Source: the human T2T-CHM13v2.0 reference genome, Homo sapiens. From it: DNA of 64,000 bases. The notes beneath the pieces were generated by a model, which was not told where the DNA came from, did no database searches, and worked only from the letters and a program-made list of their open reading frames with translations. Below, piece after piece: positions 13,501 to 27,177 of the stretch. Numbering within the stretch: the first letter of the stretch is position 1; every line of letters starts with the position of its first letter. Location: contig CP068257.2 of the NCBI GenBank assembly GCA_009914755.4, positions 12,096,001-12,160,000 of the forward strand, written 5' to 3'. The position numbers and the translations under genes were made by a program.

Positions 13501-14349
13501 CATCTCCACTCTACGGCCTTTTACAGGCTTTCCAATTTTACAGGCCTTTCCAATTTTCCATTCTCATTAGAAAGAGAACTGTGCTTCCAAACAGAAATCA
13601 GGAGTGACCACAAAGCCTGACAACACTTTGCCACCCAGCAAGAACTGGCACAATTGGTTTGGGTCTGCATTGCCATAGTGTCCGAGTTAAAACTACAGGC
13701 CACTCCACCTTGCAAACCTCACGTGGCCTCTGATTTCATTGTGGGTGCATCCACAGGTGGCGCTAGCTCTTTTTTCAGCTGCTCCGAGGATTGGGACCTA
13801 AGTCATCATGAAAAAGGCCCAGGTACAGTCTTAATGTGATAAATCCACTAGCTAAGACGTTGAGTGCCAAGACTAGCCTTCCAGCCAAGGTTTGGACAAA
13901 GTCTCAAGTTCCCATGACTCAGGGTAAGGTGCTGGGGCTGCCAGAGGACCTGCCCCAGCAAGATTTTTCTCAAGAGTGAGACTCCATCAGCCCGGGCAGA
14001 CGTGAGCAGGTTCTTGGCTGGTGTAGACAGCAGCAAACAGCAGAAGGGAAGCCATTCTCACTACATCCTCCCTGCAGTAGCCACAGCCAGGCCCTTAGGA
14101 GGAGCAGCAACCGGGGGTGTCCAGAAACATCCCGTCCCTGGATGGAAACTAGGTCTCGTTTGGATTTTTTTTTCTTTTTTTTGCCATGTTATGAAATTAT
14201 TTATTAATTTACAAGACAGGTTTTATCTCAGCCAAGGAGGGAAATGGCGTCCCTGTCCCTCCCAAAGCACAGAGCAGAGAAATGAGGCTGTTTACATCGC
14301 GAGTCTCCGTGCTGGTGTTTAAGTCATTAAAAAGATATTCAAAAAAAAA
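10522..14349 (+). pseudogene. FEM1A: Processed retrocopy of FEM1A (fem-1 homolog A) mRNA: 5'UTR, CDS and 3'UTR, ending in ATTAAA (14326-14331) plus a short poly-A tail (14341-14349)
   Basis: GC- and CpG-rich ~3.8-kb block embedded in AT-rich DNA. The translation matches FEM1A from its N-terminal residues (ATVYNAARDGK.., in two reading frames) to the characteristic C-terminus ..KIPYKGFIPEDLEAFIELH. Flanked by a perfect 11-bp TSD. The poly-A signal is followed 10 nt later by an A-run. Confidence 0.85.
10618..12638 (+). pseudogene. FEM1A: FEM1A-homologous coding region. The N-terminal ~85 codons are disrupted (~23-nt insertion after ATGG, a +1 frameshift near DGK, an in-frame TAG at 10750-10752 in the ATG frame, and a deletion restoring the frame). 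After that comes an uninterrupted 575-codon ORF to the native stop at 12636-12638 (the track's 659-aa ORF, whose 5' portion is out of the FEM1A frame)
   Basis: ATG frame from 10618 reads MAWRRPEPKTSAPPCTTPPVTARGQLLQKLLSSRSREELDELTG*. The 10659 frame continues LDVVRSLLRRGASVN..ankyrin repeats..EAFIELH*. Many apparent R>C/W and H>M changes relative to FEM1A as I recall it. Confidence 0.8.
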
Positions 14350-16321
14350 GTCTCTAAATACAGGTTTATGGAATAATTCATAACAGCTTTAAGGAACTAT
14401 CATGGTATACTGGGAAAGTCACTCATATTGCAGGATAGATTTCTTCTGTTGGCTGGTGAGCATTTGTTTATAGTCGGCCTTGAATCTACCACAATTTTAG
14501 AAGTAGTTCTTTTATTTCTTTAAAAGCAACATTTTGGGACAAAATATTGTGAACAAATAAGGAATACGACTATATTTGTGAAACCCCTTGTTAATTTCCA
14601 AGTGATATTTTAAATCTTGAATAAGACATGTATGCTCATAAATAAAGAGGAAAAAGAAATAATTAAATCAATGTTCATAAGAGCTTCTCAGAAAATAAGA
14701 AAGAGATAAGTGATAGAACTATAATCTACAATCTACCCTAACAGTATATTTGCATCACTTCTTAAACTTTGTTTAGTATTTTAACACGCTGTTTCTTATT
14801 ATATGGGAAGAATGCTGTGAGGTAGCATGTTAATGTTTTGCAGATTAATAAACTGATGTTAAAAGAGATTAAGTGACTGATTTTGTACTTTCATTATCTC
14901 AAAAGTGCAACTAAAACTGCACTTAGGATTGCCACTCCTGTCGGGGGCCATGGCTTTGGTCCTATTTTCTGCAAGTCTCTGGATGACGTCTGTCCACCCA
15001 CTGTCTCTGAGTGCTCTCCTCACCTCGGCCTTCCTCCCTTATTTTAGTCCAACACCTGTCACCACTCTTCAGAATCCTCATGAAACTTCAGGAAGATCGA
15101 CTGGGTAGGGCTTGTTTCAGAATTATCATCCAGCATTCTAGGGCTGATTTAGAATTCAGAGAAAGAAGCAAAAGCACTTATCAAAGTGTCTGTTCTAGAG
15201 GTAAGCTCAGAGGCACCATGGCAATTCCCACATTTCCCCAGGATGTCTTCAGAAATACCTGATACTGTCATCTCAGGCCCAGATATCATCCACCAGCTGA
15301 AGGCCGTGGGCAACATTCACATCTCAGAGTAAAGAGTGTTTTAGAAGTCCATGGGCAATCACCAGTCATGCAAGGAGTTCCAGGGGCCAGCCAGTTGTTC
15401 CTTTCATGAGTTAGGAGGCAGTAAGGACATCACGGTGATCATTTCCACTGAAAACACAAATTTAAGTCCACTCTGCTACTCAGCAGTTAATGCTGACTTC
15501 TGAAAATTATGAAGCATTTATCACTATGGTCTCCTTCTAGGTTTATCAGTGCAGTCAGCTCAGAAAACTTTCATTCCTTTGGTATATCCAGCTCCAGCTA
15601 ATCAGGTAGGGAACAATGAAAACAGGCTGACATTTGATTCAGAGGTTCTGGAAAGAAAGTGGACCTGGCAACAAAGTGACTGCACTTACAACCCCCCAAC
15701 CTAATGTCATCAGGATCCAGGGTAGACCACCTGGGGCTACTGGGGAGAGAAGACAGTTTCAGAGGCTGTCTATTATAAGCAGCTCTGATTAACATCTTAG
15801 GACCACAAGACAAATTATCATTGGTATTTGAAGGCAAAAGTTCATGGATGATCTGGGCCTGGGTGAGTACCTGGGTCTAACTCACAAGTCTCAGAAAGGC
15901 CCTCTGGGTCCATTCCCGATATATTAACAAAATGCCTGAAACACAGTGGGGTTTGAGCAAATGATAGAATGAATGTTTATGGAAGGACGGTTGTCTGACC
16001 TCTTCTACTATACACTTTTGAGAAAGGTTCTCAGAATGTATGGTTAAAGTATTGTATAGGTTGAGCATTCCTAATCCAAAAATCTGAAATTCACATTTTT
16101 TGAATGCTGACACAATGTTCAAAGGTCATACTCAAAAGGAAATGCTCATTAAAGCTTTGTAGATTTCTGATTTTTGAATTTGGGGTGTCAACCAGTAAGT
16201 TTAATGCAAATGTTGAAAAATTTTTTAAAAATCCAAAACGCATCTTGTCCCGAGAATTTTGGATAAGGAATACTCAAACTGCATTTCAATTGTTTGTTTG
16301 TTTGCTCTGTCTTCAAAAATG

Positions 16322-16621
16322 AGCCAGGTGCAGTGGCTCATGCCTGTACTCCCAGCACTTTGGGAGGCTGAGGTGGGCGGATCACTCGAGGAGTTGGAGA
16401 CCCGCCTGGCCAATATGGCAAAACCCTGTCTCTACTAAAAGTTAAAAAAAACACTTAGTCTGGCATGGTGGCAGGCTAATTTTGTAATCCCAGCTACTCA
16501 GGAGGCTGAGGCAGGAGAATCGCTTGAGCCCAGGAGACAGAGGTTGCCGTGAGCCAAGATTATGTCACTACACTCCAGCCTGGGTGAGAGAGTGAAACTC
16601 TGTCTCAAAAAAAAAAAAAAA
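16322..16621 (+). mobile_element. Alu SINE, sense
   Basis: AGCCAGGTGCAGTGGCTCATGCCTGTACTCCCAGCACTTTGGGAGGCTGAGGTGGG ... TGAGAGAGTGAAACTCTGTCTCA plus (A)15. Flank repeats of about AAAAATGAG. Confidence 0.9.
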
Positions 16622-16727
16622 GAATGAGTTTCTTCAAGAGAGAAATTGTACCTTGTTCATGTCCATCACTCCCATGCATAATATGGTTCCATAAGAACTC
16701 AGTCCTTATGAAACTCCACTCAGTAAG

Positions 16728-16781
16728 GACTCAGTTTTTTCAGAATGAGCAGACCAAGTAAGAGCAATTACTTATTGTCAT
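16728..16781 (+). repeat. 54-bp dispersed direct repeat, copy 1 (partner at 19125-19178)
   Basis: gactcagttttttcagaatgagcagaccaagtaagagcaattacttattgtcat versus copy 2, 52 of 54 identical. Confidence 0.7.
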
Positions 16782-18327
16782 GTAGCTCAGATGAGAAAGG
16801 GCTGGGATTTGAGAAAATGCTCTATTACTGAATAGGATCTGGATGGCTGGATTCCATCACAGATGTAAAGCAAGACTACAGTAGTGTGTCCAACAAGATC
16901 GAGTGATAGCAGGTTGTAGTGCAGGTAAGTAGATATCCACGAAGGGTTGCAAATGAAGTTTTGACCTGTCCAAACAGATGGATGCAGTACAAGACAATTT
17001 ATCCTTACAAGAAAGATAGCAAATTGGAATTAGGAATATTTGTCATTTCAGAGGGTCCAAGACAATGGTCCAGGATCCAGGACTGGGGAATCCCTTCCTG
17101 AGGACGATGACAGGTAAAAAAAAGGATCAAGCTGAAGCTCAAAAATCAGACTTGGGTGCCGGGAGAGGAGACTAAGGAACAGACTGAGATCCACTTACCA
17201 GAGCCAGGGTATTGTCTCTGCATAAGCTCAGAGACAAAGAAAAATGATGAAACCACAGCTGGCAGACACGTAGTCATGTAAATCTCCTTAGCATCATTGC
17301 AGGATTCGTGCTGAAAGTCGAGGCAATGGTGAAGCTGCAGGAGGGCTGTAGGTGGTCATAGCTCAGGAAGGAAGGGTCTTTCAGAGACTAGAAACTAGGT
17401 CTGAGCTAAAACATTTGCAATCTTGGATTTCTTTGGGGATGTTCATTCTACTAACAAACCAACACCAATTTAATTTCCTGATGTTTATTTTGGGAGGTTT
17501 ACAAGAATTAATTTCCTTGGAACTGATTTTTTTAAACATCCATTATAGAAAATTCTTTTTCTCACTTGTGAACACCTCTGAAAAAGAAGTATTATTTATA
17601 AAAGTTGGTACCTGTTGAACTATTAGAGTTGTGGGGAAAAGCCTTTACAGGGTTCACAAGAAAAAGCCTTCTCCAACTATGACTTACAGATGTACTCTTA
17701 AAATAATGACTTGACATATTTATATGTATATCATTAGTTTAATATCTTACCTAATTGTCCAACAAACTAATTCAATGTTGTTTGCAATGCATTAAATGAA
17801 CAAAAGATAAACTTGGTAATAGAGAATCCAGAAAGCCTAGTGGCCCATGAAATCACTGGATTTGCAAAGTTATTTTCTCTTCAGCGCTGTGCACTATCTC
17901 AGAACAAAATCTGTTGGCAAAGCACTTTATTGGCAACCAATGCGTTAGAATATAGAGACATTAGGAACGCCACATGGGGTCCAACCAATGCTCCATCCAG
18001 GCCAGCCTAGTGCAAAAGCAACATGAGTGGATTTTGGAGAGCGAGGTTGCCTGATGTGGTATCAGTTTGTAGTGTTGGAATTATTTAAAATATCTTCCCA
18101 AAATCATTTTGTGAACTAACATGGAACTCTATCATTTCAGACAAATCCCTTGATTTTTTCCCACAGCTCTCCCTCTTTGTGTTAGAGTTCCATACATGTA
18201 ATGCCCAATATGTGAAGAGAAAATTAACATTCCCCTTTTTCTACTTGCAGACTTCCAAACATTTACTGAAACCTTAAACTCTTACTGATTCTTTAAACTG
18301 TCCCCATTCCAGTTTTCTCTACAGCAA

Positions 18328-18490
18328 GTAGCTCTCAATGTGTAGTCCTCAGATGGGCAGCATCCACTGGAAAACTGCTAGGAATGCACATTCTCAGGCC
18401 TCACCCAAGATCTGCTGAATCAGAAGCTCTGGGGTGGAACCCAACAACCTGCATTTTAACAAGCCTTCCAGATGACTCTGAAGCATGCTC
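18328..18490. mobile_element. Ancient interspersed repeat fragment (MER/DNA-transposon-like; family not assigned)
   Basis: ..gcatccactggaaaactgctaggaatgcacattctcaggcctcacccaagatctgctgaatcagaagctctggggtggaacccaacaacctgcattttaacaagccttccagatgactctgaagcat.. matches a widely dispersed human repeat consensus (..aaattctcaggccccaccccagacctactgaatcagaaactctggggtggggcccagcaatctgtgttttaacaagccctccaggtgattctgatgcac..). Confidence 0.5.
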
Positions 18491-19124
18491 CATACTGACA
18501 ACTAATGCAATGCATTATGGTAAATTTGCCCACCCACCCTCTGGCCAAAATAACATCTAATTGCATTTCCTTTTTAGTTTGATGAGTACTTATCTCGGTA
18601 TCTTTTAATTCACCTGATGTTTCTGTTGGTAACAAAACCAACAAAAACGTTGTAAATTTGGTACACTGAAATGCAAAATAAGAGTGAAGGAGAGGACACT
18701 GGTAGTGAAATCAACAACTATAAAGCAGTTTGGGGAAATTCAGTTTAGGGACAGGCATTATATCTCAAAAATCCAGTGAGCATCACATTATAAAAGCACG
18801 GCTCCAAAGGTGACGATTTCATGTGAGGACCCTTCAGTCACAAACAGAGGATTAGCTCACGTTCATTATTTCCAAATTTCCCTCACCAAAGCACACATTA
18901 TTAAGGCATTTTTGAGACATTTTTATCAAAATGAAAATGTGTTTGACAATGGAGCAAACTGAGATATATGAAATATTTACTTGTTTGAATATCTGAAGAT
19001 ACTAGAAATGTGTCCTTAATTTACTCTGTCTTATATGAAATGTAAACCAATGCTATCCATTAGCTTCTAAACATGTTCCAACTGATGCATGTTGCAACTG
19101 TTCCAGCCCTGTTGCATAGGACAA

Positions 19125-19178
19125 GACTCAGTTTTTTCAGAATGAGCAGACGAAGTAAGACCAATTACTTATTGTCAT
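19125..19178 (+). repeat. 54-bp dispersed direct repeat, copy 2
   Basis: gactcagttttttcagaatgagcagacgaagtaagaccaattacttattgtcat. Confidence 0.7.
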
Positions 19179-20540
19179 TGAAGTTTGTGGTTTTTGTTCA
19201 AATTTTATAAGGGTACAATATAATGTGTTTAATCATCATGGTGGCCACTTTTTATACATAGCTTTTTAAAAACTTAAATGCAAACTTCACAACCTTTGCC
19301 TCATACTGAATGAGGCCTCATAACAAGCCCTCCAGATGAGTCAGTACCAGTAGAAGTCTGATTTCACATTCCATGAGTGTTTGCTGAAGGAGAATACATG
19401 TGCCTGTGTTCTGCTGGGCATTTCTGAAGGATATTGACAAGCACAGCATATAAATCCTAGGCTAGCTGTGTCACAGATTGGCACAATGGCAGAAAGAATA
19501 TCTCTGTGAATTTACATCCCGGCAGAGGCAAATCAATCAGTCAACTATGGAGTTGATTGATTTCCATTGTTAAATTCAATTGGAAAAAAAAGTTGAAATT
19601 TTCTCATATTCTTTGTCATCTAATATCTGTGTTTTTCTCTGTTCAGTTACTCTTCTCTGGATTTCAAATAGAATTTCTAATAATAAACGTGTACCAATTC
19701 TATCATCAAGCTGTTTATGTTCTTTACATTTCTGTTCTTGATAATTATATGCTAGTCTTTGAATATGAAGATAATGCTTCTGACCCAATATTCATAATGC
19801 ATGTGCCTCGAGTTGTTATTTTTTGCAAGAGAAATAAGTTTATTTTGATCTGATACATTTTCTTTCCCAGTCTTCATGTGACCAGCAGCACCAACTGCAA
19901 GACTGTCTGTCACCTGAGTGTGACTTGCAACCAAGCACATGTGGGAATTCAGTGAAGGCCCCTGCCTTGACCTCATTATCAACAGGAACCAGCCAAAGAC
20001 AGTGGTCACTCTTTATCCATGTAAATAGACACCGTAATTTATTTTCAAAAAAATCCAAAGGAAAAAATTTAAGGCCATTATAATACCAGAAATCTGCACT
20101 GTGAGTACTTGGAAGATGACAGTTGATAAAGCTGGGAGGTTTACAATGACTAGATTGTCAGAAGGGGTTAAATGTATGTTCTAATAATAAGAGAACAAGA
20201 AAAAAGAATGCCCTGGTGAAGTGTAAATTTAAAATACAGTGGTACATTTTAGGAAAACCAAAAATCAATCCATGAACTTTGAAATGAAGGGAGATAGTTC
20301 TGAGAGAACTAGAGGAACTGGACTTGAGATCCAAGATTACAATTTACTCAATTTTTTATAGATACTTTAAGTATGGAAAATTTAATTTTATTCTTATAGA
20401 TAGTAAGGTATAATACAGAATATAAAGTCCATTAAATTAAGGTGATTATAGATCCTGGTTTTCTTGACACTCCTATATCATGCTGATGGTTCCTGTGTGA
20501 ATATTAACATTACCCCCTTCAATTCACAAGTGTCTTGCAC

Positions 20541-20577
20541 TGTGTGTGTGTGTGTGCGCGCACACGTGCGTGTGTAG
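20541..20577. repeat. (TG)n/(CA)n microsatellite, degenerate at its 3' end
   Basis: tgtgtgtgtgtgtgtgcgcgcacacgtgcgtgtgtag. Confidence 0.85.
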
Positions 20578-23500
20578 CTTTTGGTTTTATTCTTGTTTGT
20601 TTGTTTTGCAAAAATGAAATAATAGCAAACATGTGATCCTGAAACTTTCTTCACTGAATACGTATCTTAGAATCTTTATTTTTCTTATTATTCAAAATAA
20701 TTCATTTTTTAACCTACTACTTACTCATCATTGAATATAGTTATTTAATCCTCTTTTAAAACCATTTGAATTGTTTTAAATTTTGTCCTACTGCAAATAA
20801 TTTCATCATATTCTTTTAACCTATAACTGCACATATGTTTTAGTATTTCTGTAGGTTAAATTTTTGGAAATGGTATCAGATCAAAAAAGTTAACATTAAA
20901 GTCATAATCAATATTCCCAAATGTAGACACATTTTTGAATCTTCAACTTAATCACTTTCATAAAATTTCAACTTTCCTTAATAATACTTCCAATTTAAAC
21001 TAAGGAGCTTTAATTGTTTAGGACCACAAAGATTTCTATCAGAGGGAGGACAAAACGTGAAATATTTTGTTTTGTAACTTATTTGTTGCAAAAAAACATC
21101 ACTGCTGTTTGGAAATTGAGAAACTGTCCAAACAAGTACACTATGGACAACAAATGTCGTGAACTGCCTGTCCACACTGAGGTTTGAGAGCCACAGGAGA
21201 CTTGAGACTTCTTCTAAGACAGTTTAAAGAAGTCTCATTTATTTGTCTTTTTATACAATGTAGCAAATCAATATATTAAATAATATAAGAACACCAAGCT
21301 TTCTTACATATAAAACTAGAGTAACCTATCAAACAAAGCTGTTCCACGTAACTGAGAACTCATTAACCCTGAGGTACTAGGAATATATGAAGTCAGTGCA
21401 ATAGCAGGCGATAGCCTGTCACGTGCAACTAGGGCTGCTGGTGGGGAAAAGTACAACATCCCAGATTCGTCAGTGATGTGGCTGGATTGTTGGGTGTGAG
21501 AAATGCACCAGCCCTGACTCAGAGATGCCCTCTCTTGCTCATCTTCCTGTCATTCTGGTGCTGAACACCTGTGCCCACCCATAGTGACCTGTGACCGAGG
21601 GCATGGGCACCAACACCTTCCCTATCTCCCTGTCTTTTTTCTTTCCCTCTTTTCCCTTTATTCATTCCACTATCCTTCTTCCTCCCCCTCACAACCCCAA
21701 CTCTTTTCATATCATCAACAAATGGCAAGTACAGGCCCTGAGGAAGACACAGATGACTAAGATGGAGCTTCTGCCCTTGAAAAGCCCCTGATCTAGTCTG
21801 GGAGACTGACATATAATCAGAGGATCAGATAGCCTGATGAATACCATGATCATGTGCCTGACACCTTAGAGTAAAGAAAATGTGGCATCTCATGTTGCTA
21901 GGAGGAATCAGGACAGCTTTGCAGAGCACCAGGTGTTTGTGATGCATCTGCAAGTTCATTGTCTTTGAGTGTAGGAAACCACCATTGGAGCATATAGGCT
22001 GGACCTAGGAACCCTGGGCTCTGCACCAAACACAGGCTCCTGAATGGAAGATAGGTGACATTGTCACTGTCCTCAGTCCCTGCCCTGGCTTGCCTAGAAT
22101 GCAATAAATTAAGTTGTTATAGGTGGTGTGTACTTGTACCTAAAGATGTCACTGCTAGCTGAGAGGAAATAAGCCCCTGAAGATTGTTAGGGCAGTGAAA
22201 TTATTCTTTAAGATACTGTTATGGGAAATATATGACATAATGCATTTAGCAAAGCCCATAGAACCGTACAACACAGGGACTAAATCCTAATATAAACTGT
22301 GGATGTTAGTTAATCATAATGCATGAATATTGGTTCATCAGTTGTAACAAATGTGCCACACCAACACAAAATGTTAACAATAGGAAAAACCAGAGGCTGG
22401 TGGGGGAAGAGAGTATACAGGAACCCCATATATTTTGCTCACATTTTCTGAAAACCTAAAACTGGTCTAAAAATCAAAGTCTATTAATTTTTTTAAACAC
22501 CTTGAAACAGTATGTCTATCTTCTATTAGTTCCCTGCCTTTGTGAAAATAAGAGCAGACTTTTGGTTTTTCTTCTTTAGGACAAGAATTATATTTTTATA
22601 ATAACTCCTCCATTTCTTTTGATATATCTAATTATTTCTTTAATAACTGGATCAAACACTTTAATATTAATGAAGGTAGAGCCAATAGGATATCCTGGTA
22701 GATTGGAAGAGACAGTGAGAGAAACAGAGGCATAAAGGATGATGCTGAAGTTTTTGGCTTGAGCAAGAAGAAGCAGGGCTGGTACTAGGGTGAGCCAAGT
22801 GAGATGCTGAGGGCATACAATTTAAGGAGGCCCTTGCATAGCCATGCAAAAGCAAGGTCAGCACTTCCTTGATGCTCTGAATGCCTTAAAGTTTGTGCCT
22901 AAGTGGTTGGCTTACTTCACTCTTGTCCTAGTCCTGACTGGATCAATGATATCACCATCCACTGAGTTGGGGCAGGCTGAGCAGAAGCAAATTTGGGGAG
23001 GCTGGATTGAATATAGAAGCTTGGTTCCGGACATGTTGACTTTGAGATGGCCATTGAACATTCAAGTGGAGACATCAGGTAGTCAGCTGGATCTCTGAGT
23101 CTATATCTCAGGAAAGAGGCTGAGACTAAAGTTATGTATTTAGAAGTTATCACAAGACTAGATGAACTCATGAAGAAAGTGAGTGTGAATGGATAGTTAG
23201 ATGGATAAGGGAAGAGTTTCAAGGCCTGAGCCATGAAATACTTCTATTTGTCAGAAAGAAAAAGAGGAGCCAGCAAGGAACCTTGAAAAAGAGCAGGCAA
23301 TAAGAGAAGGAACACTGGCAGTGTACATTCCTGGAAGACAAGACAATGCTTCAAGGAGTAGAGAGTAATAAGTTGTGTTTCATGCTGCTAGAGTTGAGTT
23401 AGACAAAGCTTGAAACTAGAACTTTGGTGTTAGTAGCATTGAGGTCATCGACGATGTTGACTAAAACAGTTTTGGTGGAGAGATGACAACAGAAGCCTGA

Positions 23501-23580
23501 ACAGAGTGCACTGAAGAGAGAAGAAGAGAGGAGAGAAATTTGATTCTGCATATACATAAAACTCTTTCAAGGTCTTTTAG

Positions 23581-23665
23581 AAAGAGGAAGGAAGATAGAA
23601 AGAGAGAGACAGACAGACAGAGTGAGAGAGATGAGAGAGAAGCCAGAGGGGGAAGAGAGGTCCAG
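23581..23665. repeat. Purine-rich (GA)n/(GACA)n low-complexity tract
   Basis: gaaagaggaaggaagatagaaagagagagacagacagacagagtgagagagatgagagagaagccagagggggaagagagg. Confidence 0.8.
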
Positions 23666-24390
23666 AATTTAATACTTTCCCAGTTTTTCCAACTTGCATC
23701 TCAACCCCTTATCTCTGGGTTTTAGCAGTGGATACTTTGAGATTCTAATATTTATCTCCTCAGAACGTGAGATGCAGAAGAGGAGATAGGAAATTGAGAT
23801 AATAACTACTTTCTTCTGATGGGTGGGAAAAATTCTATATGAGAGTTTTTCTACCAAGACACATGTGAAAGGAAGTGGCAACATGTGGCAATTCATCTAA
23901 GATCAACAACTTTTTTTCTCTGTTTGAATTTGTTGATTTGGAAGTTATTTGTCTGGCTCTGCAACAGAATCATTATTTGCTCTACCAATTTTTCTAAAGT
24001 CTCACATGCTGATGCCAGTTAAAAAAGAATACATTTTAGTCTGTCAACTTTTGCTTACAAAAGAGGATCTAAAAGTGTGTTCCAAGGTAATTTGAACAGA
24101 CTCTTTCAAGATAGCGCATATTTTAGTAGATCCACAGAACAGTAAATATAACTTGATAATCACCCCCAACATTTCTTGCATTGGAAAATTGAATTGGCAG
24201 GTTTGCATAATAAAGGGCTAAAATTATGAACCACACAAGATTTGCCTGAAACTTGATTGTTCAGGCTCAAAATTCTCTACTGAATACTCTTGTGCTTGCT
24301 TTTGTATTTATCCATTTTCATGAAACTGCTTAGGGCAGACATTTCTTTTTTAAATCTTTTTTCATAAAAATAAATTGTAATAAATATGCC

Positions 24391-27177
<2,787 letters not shown>

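Noticed and set aside
24386-24388. ATG (MPADGRD..) as a genuine translation start for a TERF1-derived protein
   Set aside because: The ATGCC motif is repeated at the downstream flank (27191-27195) and so appears to belong to the TSD or junction. The copy is 5'-truncated and carries a nonsense codon and a frameshift.
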